Positions 42,226 through 52,237 of a DNA stretch of 64,000 nt are shown here, in pieces. Made by a program: the position numbers and the translations under genes. The stretch's first letter is position 1, and every line of letters starts with the position of its first letter. The stretch lies in assembly GCA_965242695.1 (NCBI GenBank), contig CBDESU010000001.1, positions 1,184,001 through 1,248,000 on the forward strand, read 5' to 3'. This DNA is from Cenarchaeum sp. GTDB lineage: Archaea; Thermoproteota; Nitrososphaeria; Nitrososphaerales; Nitrosopumilaceae. The notes beneath the pieces are model-generated. The model did no database searches and had not been told where the DNA came from. It was given only the letters and a program-made list of their open reading frames with translations.

Positions 42226-44163
42226 ATGGAAAGATCGGGTGTGGGAGGCGGCGCCCGGAACGGACGGGAGGATGGATCCGGCGCCGATGCGGGCGGCGCG
42301 GGAGTGGACAAGGATCCCGCAATCGTAAAGGCCTACATGGCCCGCGCCCTGGCAGAGCTGCACTGCGGGCTGATCGAGGACGCCCTCAAGTCGTACGCCA
42401 CGGCGTCGCGGCTGGGCGGCCCGGGCCACAAGGCCTACGCCCTGCACGGGACCCTCCTCATGGACCTCGGGCGGCACGCCGAGGCGGCGCGCGTGTTCGA
42501 GGACGCCGCCGCGGCCGACCCGGGCAGCGCCAACTGGCTCGTGATGCGTGCGAATGCATGCGCACGGCTCGGCCGCGCCGATGATGCGCTCGACTCGCTC
42601 CGCCGCGCTGCGCGCATCGAGCCGCGCCACACGGGTGCGCGCACGGGATACGCCACCGCGCTGAGGGAGGCGGGGCGCTACGACGAGGCCCTCGCCGAGT
42701 ACGTCGAGGCGGCGCGGATCGATGCAGCGGGCCCCGCTCCCCGCATCGGCATGGGCCGCATCCACCTCAAGGCCGGGCGGCACGCCGAGGCGATCGCCTC
42801 CTTTGACGAGGCAGTCCGGCTGGATCCCAAGCTGCCCGAGGCGCATGCATGGAAGGGCCAGGCGCTGGTTGCGGACGGGAGGAACGAGGATGCGATCGCC
42901 GCCCTTGACGAGGCCCTCCGGCTCGATCCCGGAATGGGGGCGGCCTACACGTGGAAGGGCCACGCGCTCCTCGCCGGCGGCAGGGCCGAAGAGGCCGCGG
43001 ATGTGTTCAGGAAGGCCATAGATATCAGCGAGGGCCGCGAGGCGGCGCCCGGCGGCGGAGGCGGCGAGGGAGTGGGAGGGGCGGGCGGCGGGCCAGAAGA
43101 GACCCCGCAGGCGGGCGGCATCGGCGTGGCCGCCGCAACCCGCGGAAGGCATGGGCGCGGCATCGGCGGGGCCATCGCGGCCGTGAAAAGGCTCGCAGGG
43201 CTCGAGCGCGGCGCGCAGGGGCGCCGCCCCGCCGGAGCGGATCCCGCGGCGGGTGCAGGGGGCCGGCGGGACGGGGGCAGGGTCGCGGACCTCGTCGATG
43301 CCGGCCACGGGATGATCCTTGCCAAAATGTACGCAGGGGCGTACGAGGCGTTCGACGAGGCGGCGCGGCTGGAGCCCGAGAACGGCGCAGCGCACACCGG
43401 AAAGGGCCTGGCGCAGCTCGCCGCGGGCAGGCGCAGGGAGTCGCTCGACGCGTTCGACGAGGCGGCGCGGCTGGAGCCCGGAAACGTCGCGGTGCATGTC
43501 GGAAGGACGTACGCGCTGCGGGCGCGCGGCAGGCACAGGGAGGCGCTGGCCGCGGCAAAGGCCGCGCTGCGGCTGGATCCCAAGAACATTGCGGCCCGGA
43601 TAGGAAAGGGCTACGCGCTGCTGGAAACGGGCGCGCCGGACAAGGCGCTTGCCGCGTTCGACAGGGCGGTCCGGCTCGACCCGGGCGAGGCCGCGGCCCA
43701 CGCCGGGAGGGGCGAGGCGCTGCGCGTACAGGGCGACCGCAAGGAGTCGCTTGCCGCGTATGCCGAGGCGGTGCGGCTCGCGCCGGGGGATGCGGCCTCG
43801 CACGTCGGGATGGGCAACTCGCTGCGCGAGGCGGGCAGGCACGACGAGGCGCTGGCCGCGCTAGACAGGGCCCTGTCCATCGAGCCTGGCAGCGCAAGCG
43901 CCCACATCGGGCGAGGCGACATCCTTTGGGAGACCAAGCTCAACTCCGAGGCGCTGGCCGAGTACGAAGAGGCGGCACGGCTCGACCCCGAATCAGCCCA
44001 CGCCCACAGCCGGCGCGGCTCCGCCCTTGCAGACATGGGCCGCACGTCCGAGGCGCTCGACGCGTACGAGGAGGCGGTGCGGCTGCATCCCGACGGCGAG
44101 GACGTCAGGACCCGCGACATGCTGCGGCGCACGGTCGGCAGGGCCGGCAGCGGGAGCGCCTAG
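42226..44163 (+). CDS. TPR protein with two blocks split by a Gly-rich linker
   Basis: TTAAAT at 42198 (28 nt); about 80-aa low-complexity linker near 43030-43280. Confidence 0.9.
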   Translation: MERSGVGGGARNGREDGSGADAGGAGVDKDPAIVKAYMARALAELHCGLIEDALKSYATASRLGGPGHKAYALHGTLLMDLGRHAEAARVFEDAAAADPGSANWLVMRANACARLGRADDALDSLRRAARIEPRHTGARTGYATALREAGRYDEALAEYVEAARIDAAGPAPRIGMGRIHLKAGRHAEAIASFDEAVRLDPKLPEAHAWKGQALVADGRNEDAIAALDEALRLDPGMGAAYTWKGHALLAGGRAEEAADVFRKAIDISEGREAAPGGGGGEGVGGAGGGPEETPQAGGIGVAAATRGRHGRGIGGAIAAVKRLAGLERGAQGRRPAGADPAAGAGGRRDGGRVADLVDAGHGMILAKMYAGAYEAFDEAARLEPENGAAHTGKGLAQLAAGRRRESLDAFDEAARLEPGNVAVHVGRTYALRARGRHREALAAAKAALRLDPKNIAARIGKGYALLETGAPDKALAAFDRAVRLDPGEAAAHAGRGEALRVQGDRKESLAAYAEAVRLAPGDAASHVGMGNSLREAGRHDEALAALDRALSIEPGSASAHIGRGDILWETKLNSEALAEYEEAARLDPESAHAHSRRGSALADMGRTSEALDAYEEAVRLHPDGEDVRTRDMLRRTVGRAGSGSA

Positions 44164-44449
44164 CGGATGCGGGCCGGCCGGCGCGGCGGCGGCTGAGGGC
44201 GCGCGGGGGGAGGGGCCGCATTGCGGCGGCATCCGCACACACGGCGCCCCCGTGGCTCTCAGATCCCCCCCCCCATTCCGATCGCCGACACTCCACGGAG
44301 GCTCTCGCCACCTCCGCGATCCGCCGCGGCCCCGGGCCCTCGGCAGCCCGCCCCGTCAAGCCCGGCGGCCGGCCCGCGCGGTAGATTCCCGACGGCGAGG
44401 GATCTAGTGCGGCAAAAGGCACAAATAGCCTGGCCGCGGCGGCTGCACG

Positions 44450-45850
44450 TTGGCGCAAGAGGTCGAGCAGGAGCGCAGGCAGGCGGCGCCGGACGGCGGG
44501 AGTTCGGCGGCCCTGCACGGGCAGGAGCAGGATATCGAGGATGCGACCTGGCACATCGATCCAGACCTGGTCGACGCCTACGTGTCGGCCCCGCTCGTGG
44601 AGACCGTCCACAGCATACTGGCCTGGCACGACCCAAGGTACGACACAAGGGTCATATCCGTGGGGATCAGGCACGGCGGGTACCGGAGGGCCCTTGAGAA
44701 TCTGCTAAAGGAGCCTCCCCCGCGCCACCCGATGGGGGCACGCGTTATCGACTACCGCGCGCGCATGCTCGAGCGCCTCGGCAGGTACGAGCAGGCCGAG
44801 GCGCTGTACCGCGACGTGGCAGAGGAGATACCCCGGAGTCCGGAGGCTCGCCTCGACATGGCAAGGGTGCTAGAGCACCTCGGCCGCCCCGACGAGTCCG
44901 CCAAGGAGCTCGCCTGCGCAGGCAGTGTCGATCCCGACTACCGCAGGGCGTTCGAGATGGGCATGCATCCGGATCCGCGCCAGCTGGATCCCGCCGCCGT
45001 CCCGCTCCGCCTGATCGTTCCAATGTCGGTGATCTCGGCGGCCGGGATTGTGCGCTCGAGGGCAGAGCTTTCCGCAGCATCGCTGCTCGTGCAGGCCGAG
45101 TGCGGGCTGGACCTGTACCCCCCGGCAGGATCGCGGCTGCCCGGCTGCGCCGGGCTCGGCGCCGACATGGAGAGGTTTTACCACCTTGTAGTGGAGGATG
45201 TTATGCCGCACTGCGGGGGCGACGAGCGGCCGTACTACTACGATCTCACGGATGCGGGAATCGACATGATCGGGAGGCTCGGCGAGCGGCTGGACGGGGC
45301 GGGAGGCCCGGCCGTTGCCCGAATCGCCGAGTCGGCGCGCCGAGTGGCCGGCATCGGCGCGCATGCCGTGCTGGAGGAGGCCTGCGGCCTGGCGGCCCGG
45401 CCCGCGGACGGCGGCGGCCGCGCAGAGGCGCTGGAGGGGCTGCGAGGGACGGCCGGGCGCATAAGGCGCGAGGTCGGCAACGGCATTGCGTTTGGCGACG
45501 CTCATGCCGGCACGCTGGAAACGAGTGCAGAGTACATACCCGGCATGCTCTCGCAGGCGGGCGGCCTGCCCGACGGGCAGTGGGCAGTAGCATACGCCCT
45601 GGGCGCCGACATACTCGGCCTGTGCGCGCGCATCGCGTTCGACCAGAGGCCGCACCCCAGGACCGCCGCGCTGGGGCCTCCGTACCCCGACATCCAGGAC
45701 CTGCACGCGCTGTTCGCCGGGTACTGCGGGGAAAGGGGCGTGGCCGAGCCCAGGGCGGAGCGGCCGAAGATCATGAAGATTGCGCCCGAAGAGACCGAGG
45801 AGATTGCCCGGGCCATGCGCAAGGTGATATCCGAATCATGTAAATCCTAG
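44450..45850 (+). CDS. TPR + winged-helix (YwgA/Panacea-like) putative antitoxin, copy 1
   Basis: RARMLERLGRYEQAEALY TPR pair; LLVQAECG..Y...RPYYYDLTDAG wing motif; overlaps the PIN gene; CAAATA 28 nt before TTG. Confidence 0.65.
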   Translation: MAQEVEQERRQAAPDGGSSAALHGQEQDIEDATWHIDPDLVDAYVSAPLVETVHSILAWHDPRYDTRVISVGIRHGGYRRALENLLKEPPPRHPMGARVIDYRARMLERLGRYEQAEALYRDVAEEIPRSPEARLDMARVLEHLGRPDESAKELACAGSVDPDYRRAFEMGMHPDPRQLDPAAVPLRLIVPMSVISAAGIVRSRAELSAASLLVQAECGLDLYPPAGSRLPGCAGLGADMERFYHLVVEDVMPHCGGDERPYYYDLTDAGIDMIGRLGERLDGAGGPAVARIAESARRVAGIGAHAVLEEACGLAARPADGGGRAEALEGLRGTAGRIRREVGNGIAFGDAHAGTLETSAEYIPGMLSQAGGLPDGQWAVAYALGADILGLCARIAFDQRPHPRTAALGPPYPDIQDLHALFAGYCGERGVAEPRAERPKIMKIAPEETEEIARAMRKVISESCKS

Positions 45851-46449
45851 CAGACACGAACGCATGGTACGCAGGCCTCATGTGCTTTTCGTCGGACAGG
45901 GAGGACGGGCGGCCTGTCCTGGTGCGGCGCCGCAACGGGGACGCGGTCGCCGCCGAGATCGAGGCCGCGATCGCGTCTGGGAATCTCGCAATTTCCGATA
46001 CGGTCGCCAAAGAGGGGATCGACGGCATGGAAAAAGCATTCAGATCAGCAGCCAGGTCGGCCAACGCCAAGCCCGAAGCGGGTGCGGAAGCCGCGCGGGT
46101 TGCGCTGGCAAGGTTCAAGCGCCTGCGCGGCACCTGTGGCATTCCCGACGACCCCGGACGCATGGGGGATGTCGCCCGCATGTACGCCGACATATTGCGC
46201 GACCCGCGCAGGGCCGCCGCGGTGGCCGTGTGGCGCAGCGTCAAGGAAAGGCACGGGAGGGGGGCAGAGTTCCCCTCGCCAGGGACGCATGGGAACGACT
46301 TTATGATACTCTCTACTGCGGCAGACACGGCCGCCCGCGGGATCGCGACAAGGCTGCTCACGTACGACCACGACATTCTGGCGTTCGCAGATATAATCCG
46401 CGACAGGTTCGGCGTCGTCGCGGTCGACTGCGCATCCCTGCGCCGGTGA
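45838..46449 (+). pseudogene. PIN-domain nuclease copy 1, nonsense at codon 2
   Basis: ATG-TAA-ATC-CTA-GCA-GAC-ACG-AAC versus ATG-GAA in copy 2; restart at 45880 would lose the ADTN Asp. Confidence 0.75.
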
Positions 46450-46710
46450 TCCCGGCGCGCGGGCGCAATCGGGCCGCCCGGGGGCGGGGCGAGTGCGCGG
46501 CGCGGGGAGGATGCGGCGCGGGGAGAGAGAGACTAGGCCGCAGGAGGCTGGAAGATGCAATCGTGGCCCTCGGCAAGGACATCGGCATGCTTACGGCGGT
46601 TGAGCGACCCGCGCATGATGGACTGTGCGCCGCTTGTGTCTGGCAGGGTCGAGGTCGCCGAACGTTCAGATGGCAAAAAATACAAATAGGCGGACCCCGG
46701 CCGCGCTGCG

Positions 46711-48111
46711 TTGGCGCAAGAGGTCGAGCAGGAGCGCAGGCAGGCGGCGCCGGACGGCGGGGGCGTAGCGGCCCTGCACGGGCAGGAGCAGGATATCGAG
46801 GATGCGACCTGGTACATCGATCCCGACCTAGTCGACGCCTACGTGTCGGCCCCGCTCGTGAAGACCGTCCACAGCATACTAGCCTGGCACGACCCAAGGT
46901 ACGACACAAGGGTCATATCCGTGGGGATCAGGCACGGCGGGTACCGGAGGGCCCTTGAGAAGCTGCTGAAGGAGCCGCCCCCGCGCCACCCGACGGGAAC
47001 ACGCGTTATCGACTACCGCGCGCGCATGCTCGAGCGCCTCGGCAGGTACGAGCAGGCCGAGGCGCTGTACCGCGACGTGGCAGAGGAGATACCCTGGAGT
47101 CCGGAGGCCCGCCTCGACATGGCAAGGGTGCTAGAGCACCTCGGCCGCCCCGACGAGTCCGCCAAGGAGCTCGCCTGCGTAGGCAGCGTCGCTCCCGACT
47201 ACCGCAGGGCGTTCGAGATGGGCATGCATCCGGATCCGCGCCAGCTGGATCCCGCCGCCGTCCCGCTCCGCCTGATCGTTCCAATGTCGGTGATCTCGGC
47301 GGCCGGGATTGTGCGCTCGAGGGCAGAGCTTTCCGCCGCATCGCTGCTCGTGCAGGCCGAGTGCGGGCTGGACCTGTACCCCCCGGCAGGATCGCGGCTG
47401 CCCGGCTGCGCAGGGCTCGGCGCCGACATGGAGAGGTTTTACCACCTTGTAGTGGAGGATGTTGTGCCGCACTGCGGGGGCGACGAGCGGCCGTACTACT
47501 ACGATCTCACGGATGCGGGAATCGACATGATCGGGAGGCTCGGCGAGCGGCTAGACGGGGCGGGAGGCCCGGCCGCCTCGCGAATCGCCGAGTCGGCGCG
47601 CCGAGTGGCCGGCATCGGCGCGCATGCCGTGCTGGAGGAGGCCTGCGGCCTGGCGGCCCGGCCCGCGGACGGCGGCGGCCGCGCAGAGGCGCTGGAGGGG
47701 CTGCGAGGGACGGCCGGGCGCATAAGGCGCGAGGTCGGCAACGGCATTGCGTTTGGTGGCAACCATGCCGGCACGCTGCTGACCAGCGCCGAGTACATAC
47801 CCGGCATGCTCTCGCAGGCGGGCGGCCTGCCCGACGGGCAGTGGGCAGTAGCATACGCCCTGGGCGCCGACATGCTCGGCCTGTGCGCGCGCATCGCGTT
47901 CGACCAGAGGCCGCACCCCAGGACCGCCGCGCTGGGGCCTCCGTACCCCGACATCCAGGACCTGCACGCGCTGTTCGCCGGGTACTGCGGGGAAAGGGGC
48001 GTGGCCGAGCCCAGGGCGGAGCGGCCGAAGATCATGAAGATTGCGCCCGAGGAGGATGAGGAGATTGCCCGGGCCATGCGCAAGGTGATATCCGAATCAT
48101 GGAAATCCTAG
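46711..48111 (+). CDS. TPR + winged-helix putative antitoxin, copy 2
   Basis: About 96% aa identical to 44450 (about 19 differences by eye); CAAATA 28 nt before TTG. Confidence 0.65.
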   Translation: MAQEVEQERRQAAPDGGGVAALHGQEQDIEDATWYIDPDLVDAYVSAPLVKTVHSILAWHDPRYDTRVISVGIRHGGYRRALEKLLKEPPPRHPTGTRVIDYRARMLERLGRYEQAEALYRDVAEEIPWSPEARLDMARVLEHLGRPDESAKELACVGSVAPDYRRAFEMGMHPDPRQLDPAAVPLRLIVPMSVISAAGIVRSRAELSAASLLVQAECGLDLYPPAGSRLPGCAGLGADMERFYHLVVEDVVPHCGGDERPYYYDLTDAGIDMIGRLGERLDGAGGPAASRIAESARRVAGIGAHAVLEEACGLAARPADGGGRAEALEGLRGTAGRIRREVGNGIAFGGNHAGTLLTSAEYIPGMLSQAGGLPDGQWAVAYALGADMLGLCARIAFDQRPHPRTAALGPPYPDIQDLHALFAGYCGERGVAEPRAERPKIMKIAPEEDEEIARAMRKVISESWKS

Positions 48112-48710
48112 CAGACACGAACGCATGGTACGCAGGCCTCATGTGCTTTTCGTCGGACAGGGAGGACGGGCGGCCTGTCCTGGTGCGGCGCCGCAACGGG
48201 GACGCGGTCGCCGCCGAGATCGAGGCCGCGATCGCGTCTGGGAATCTCGCAATTTCCGATACGGTCGCCAACGAGGTGATCGACGGCATTGAAAATGCGT
48301 TTATGTATGCCGCCCAGTCGGCCAACGCCAAGCCCGAAGCTGGCGTGGAAGCCGCGCGGGTTGCGCTGGCAAGGTTCGAACGCCTGCGCGGCACCTGTGG
48401 CATTCCCGACGACCCCAGATACGTGGAGGATATCGCCCGCATGTACGCCGACATATTGCGCGGCCCGCGCATGGCCGCCGCGGTGGCCCTGTGGCGCGGC
48501 GTCAAGGAAAGGCGTGGGAGGGTGGCAGAGTTCCCCGCGGTCGGGACGCATTTGAACGACTTTATGATAATCTCGACGGCGGCAGGCAGGACTGCACGCG
48601 GAATCGCGACAAGGCTGCTCACGTACGACCACGACATTCTGGCGTTCGCCGATATGATCCGCGACCGGTTCGGCGTCGTCGCGGTCGACTGCGCATCCCT
48701 GCGCCGGTGA
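48099..48710 (+). CDS. PIN-domain (VapC-like) ribonuclease, copy 2
   Basis: ILADTN, ISDTVANE, NDFMIISTA, LLTYDHD acidic PIN motifs. Confidence 0.8.
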   Translation: MEILADTNAWYAGLMCFSSDREDGRPVLVRRRNGDAVAAEIEAAIASGNLAISDTVANEVIDGIENAFMYAAQSANAKPEAGVEAARVALARFERLRGTCGIPDDPRYVEDIARMYADILRGPRMAAAVALWRGVKERRGRVAEFPAVGTHLNDFMIISTAAGRTARGIATRLLTYDHDILAFADMIRDRFGVVAVDCASLRR

Positions 48711-48757
48711 CTCCGGCGGCGGCCGGCTCGCATGCGGCAAAGGCGGCATCCGCAGGC

Positions 48758-48897
48758 GGCGGCGCGCCCGGCTCGGCCCTGTCCCATGCCCGCGCCTGCG
48801 GCCCTTTTCGTTCCGGATGCAGGGCGGCGCGCCCGGCTCGGCCCTGTCCCATGCCCGCGCCTGCGGCCCTTTTCGTTCCGGATGCAGGGCGGCGCGC
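48758..48897. repeat. 65-bp perfect tandem repeat x2.1
   Basis: Units at 48758, 48823 and a partial at 48888; intergenic. Confidence 0.9.
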
Positions 48898-49095
48898 AGC
48901 CCTCCCCCTCCCCGCATCCTTGCGCGCGCATCGGAGCGCCCGTAGCGCGGGTGCAGGGCTGGGGCCCCGCCTGGATGCGCAATCCGCGGCGGCGGCCTGC
49001 GTGCGACATAAATTCCGGCCGGCCGGCCGGCCGCGCGGCGGCCCGGCGGGACGTGCAGGCGGGGCCCCGCAGCGGATTCGGCCGGAGGCAGAGGG

Positions 49096-50670
49096 ATGAA
49101 AGCGGCAGGGAAAAGGGAAGCGCAGGGGGCCGGGGACGCGGCATCCCTTGCCGCGTGCGACGAGGCCGTGCGGCGGGATCCAGGCGACGCCGGCGGCCAC
49201 AGGGGGCGCGCCGCGGCCCTGCTCAGACTGGGCCGCAGGGAAGAGGCACTGGCGGCGCTAGACGAGGCCGTGCGGCTCGACGGCACGGACACCGAGACCC
49301 TCACCGTGCGAGGCAACGTCCTGACGAGCCTTTCTCTGCCGGGAAGGGCGGTGCGCGACTTTAGGGCCGTAGTCAGGGCCGAGCCAGGCAACGCCGCGGC
49401 CCATACGCTCCTCGGTTCGGCGTACGCGCTGGCAGGGCGCCATCAAAGGGCGCTCGCGTCGCTCGATAGGGCCGTGCGGCTCGATCCAGGCGATCCGACT
49501 GCGCGCCTGGCGCGCGCCCAGGCCCTGCTCGAGGTCGGGCGCGACCGCAAGGCCCTTGCCGACTGCGACAAGGCCGTGCGAATTGACGGAACCGTTGCGA
49601 GGGCCCATGCGGGGAGGGGGCTTGCGCTGATCGCGCTGGGCAGGCACGAAGAGGCGCTGGCCGCATGCGGCGAGGCCCTGCGGCTCGAGCCCGGCATGGC
49701 AAAGGCGCACGCTGGAAGCGGCATGGCGCTGATCGCGCTGGGCAGGAACAAGAGGGCGCTGGCCGCGCTGGACGAGGCGGTCCGGCTCGAGCCCGGCATG
49801 GCCGCCGCCCACGCCTGGAGGGGCAGGGCGCTGATCGCGCTGGGCAGGAACAAGAGGGCGCTGGCCGCGCTGGACGAGGCGGTCCGGCTCGAGCCCGGGT
49901 CGATCGACGCGCGCCTGGAAATGGGCAGGGCGCTGATCGCGCTGGGCAGGAACAAGAGGGCGCTGGCCGCATACGGCAGGGCCGCTCGGACGGATCCGGA
50001 AGAGTCGAGGGCCCACGCCGGCAGGGGCACCGCGCTGATCGCGCTGGGCAGGCACGAAGAGGCGCTGGCCGCATGCGACGAGGCCGCGCGGATCGATCCC
50101 GGGTCGATCGATGCGCCCATAGGAAGGGGCAGGGCGCTGATCGCGCTGGGCAGGCACAAAGAGGCGCTCGCTGCGCTCGACAGGGCCGAATCCCTGAACC
50201 CCGACATTGCGCTGGTCCACAAAGAGCGCAGCGTGGCGCTGCGCTGGCTCGGCCGCCCCGAGGAGGCGCTCGCTGCGCTCGACAGGGCCGAATCCCTGTG
50301 CCATGACGAATGGGACGTCCACTTGGCGCGCGGCGAGGCGCTCCAGGACATGGGACGGCACGGCGAGGCCGTCGCCGCATGCGACAAGGCCGTCCGGCTC
50401 AGGCCCGGAGAGGCGAGGGCCCACTGCGTGCGAGGCGTGCCCCTCAGCTGCCTCGGGAGGTTCGGTGAGGCGCTCGCTGCGTGCGAAGAGGCTGCGGGGA
50501 TAAGCCCCGAGTCGGGCCACATTGTATGCGGGCGCGCCACGGCCCTTGCAGGGCTTGGCCGCATGAAGGAGGCGCTCGCTGCGTGCGAAGAGGCCGTCCG
50601 GCTCGAGCCGGACGACAGGTACGTCGCAAAGATCCGCGCGCAGGTGCGGCGCCTGGCCGCCGCATCGTAG
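49096..50670 (+). CDS. TPR-repeat protein
   Basis: About 14 TPR units with repeated ALIALGRNKRALAA; ATAAAT at 49008 but no start codon at the +28 position. Confidence 0.9.
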   Translation: MKAAGKREAQGAGDAASLAACDEAVRRDPGDAGGHRGRAAALLRLGRREEALAALDEAVRLDGTDTETLTVRGNVLTSLSLPGRAVRDFRAVVRAEPGNAAAHTLLGSAYALAGRHQRALASLDRAVRLDPGDPTARLARAQALLEVGRDRKALADCDKAVRIDGTVARAHAGRGLALIALGRHEEALAACGEALRLEPGMAKAHAGSGMALIALGRNKRALAALDEAVRLEPGMAAAHAWRGRALIALGRNKRALAALDEAVRLEPGSIDARLEMGRALIALGRNKRALAAYGRAARTDPEESRAHAGRGTALIALGRHEEALAACDEAARIDPGSIDAPIGRGRALIALGRHKEALAALDRAESLNPDIALVHKERSVALRWLGRPEEALAALDRAESLCHDEWDVHLARGEALQDMGRHGEAVAACDKAVRLRPGEARAHCVRGVPLSCLGRFGEALAACEEAAGISPESGHIVCGRATALAGLGRMKEALAACEEAVRLEPDDRYVAKIRAQVRRLAAAS

Positions 50671-50965
50671 ACCGTGGGGCGGAACGGAAGGGCTGGTGAG
50701 CCCGGCGGCGGGCAGCGGCCGTCCGCTGGCGCCCATGGGGGGAACGCCCGGCGGCGGTCGTCCGCGCCCGGCCGCTCCTGCCCCTGCCGGGCCGCCCGGG
50801 CCCCGTCAGGCATGGCCGCCGCGTCGTCCATCAAGGGATGGCTGGTCTTATTCCGGGCTTATTGTCTTGAATTTTTTGGTGGGTTTGCTCTGGCGCCGGT
50901 GGCCGCCCCTGCCCCTGCCGGGCCGTCCGGGCCGGCCGCTGTCCGGCATGGCCGCCGGTACGGGC

Positions 50966-52237
50966 CGCGGGCTTGAATTTTTTGGCATGTTTGTGCCTGC
51001 GGCTGCCTGCCTATCGAGGGCGCACCCGTTTGCCTGCGCGGGCCGCTCGACGTCCGGCCCGCTCACACGCCCGGCGTCTGGATCCATGTTTGGGTTATAT
51101 ACGGGTGGCTGGCGTCTTTGTTGGCGGATCCTTGGGCAGGTATCGCGATCATCGTTGGGGGTGTTGTGCTTGTCATGGTCGGGTTTGCGTTCTTTGCGAG
51201 GTCTAGTTTGGGGGCTTGGATGCTCGGGATGGCGTTTATGATCATGGGTGCCGTGGTTTCGGCTGCCGGGGCCGTGGTGCTTGCGCTTGGGCGGCGTCGC
51301 TTACCGGGCGCTCTTGTGGGCGCTCCTGTGGGCGCGCCCGCCCTGCCACGTGGTGACGATCGCGGCATCCGGCCCGGTGTTTGGATCGGTATTGTGCAGG
51401 TTGTCGTGGGTGTTGCGATTATGCCACTCTGGTCGTCGTCGACGACTTTCGCTCTGGGTTTGAGTCTTTTTGGTCTGTTCCCATCGGGGGCTATGTTCAT
51501 TGTGTTATTGCGTGCCAAGGGCAGTCGCCTGTCGGCTTTGCGCTATAGGCTGGTCGTGGCGATCGTGGCGTTGGTGTTTGTGCTCGTGGCGCCATTGTTG
51601 CCGTACGCACCGTCAGGGCCCGATCGGGCTGACATGGTGTCGGTGGTGAGTGATGAGTATTCACTGTTGATGTCAGCTGCGGCTGAACGCGGTCGGAGTG
51701 GGCCCGATGCGGAGGCGGTGGCTTCAATGATTGTCGGGGATGCGCGGGTTGAATGTGACATTGTGAAGGAAGAGTATGCAGAGGTGAAAACGAGGGTGGA
51801 TGATGCGATAATGGGAGTCGCATCGGGGGGATCCTACGGAGGAGAGTGGGATGCGGGCGTGACTTTGCTCTACAGTGATGAGTGTCTTGTTGCTTATGTG
51901 AATAAGGATGCTCCGGGTGATCGTAATGTGCCATATCGTATGAATGATATGGTCCGCGCTGGTCTCATGATGTATGGTGCGTTTCCGCTTGATTGTGAGA
52001 TACTTCGGTATGCGCACGGTGATGCTGGCATGACGGTTGATATGGGCAGGCTTGGATTTCCACCGCCGGATTTTATGTCGGATTTGGACGTGGCTCGTGA
52101 TAAAGCGGTATGGAGTTTTTACAAGTCCATGAAGGCCTCTGGCGATTGCTAGTGGTGGGTGGCATCTGGACGGCTGTCGTTCGGGTGCCCCGCCGGACGG
52201 CGCGGGCTTGAGTTTTTTGGCATGTTTGCGCCTGCGG
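50966..52237. repeat. 37-bp direct repeats (50966-51002, 52201-52237) bracketing a low-GC gene
   Basis: cgcgggcttgaRttttttggcatgtttgYgcctgcgg, 35/37 identical. Confidence 0.85.
51118..52152 (+). CDS. Membrane protein (about 5 TM segments + soluble C-terminal domain), atypical codon usage
   Basis: Hydrophobic segments in the first 165 aa; TTATAT at 51095; many T-ending codons, lower GC. Confidence 0.78.
   Translation: MLADPWAGIAIIVGGVVLVMVGFAFFARSSLGAWMLGMAFMIMGAVVSAAGAVVLALGRRRLPGALVGAPVGAPALPRGDDRGIRPGVWIGIVQVVVGVAIMPLWSSSTTFALGLSLFGLFPSGAMFIVLLRAKGSRLSALRYRLVVAIVALVFVLVAPLLPYAPSGPDRADMVSVVSDEYSLLMSAAAERGRSGPDAEAVASMIVGDARVECDIVKEEYAEVKTRVDDAIMGVASGGSYGGEWDAGVTLLYSDECLVAYVNKDAPGDRNVPYRMNDMVRAGLMMYGAFPLDCEILRYAHGDAGMTVDMGRLGFPPPDFMSDLDVARDKAVWSFYKSMKASGDC

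Noticed and set aside
43030-43280. Fusion scar of two TPR genes within 42226..44163
   Set aside because: No residual ATAAAT promoter or in-frame start in the linker; cannot be supported
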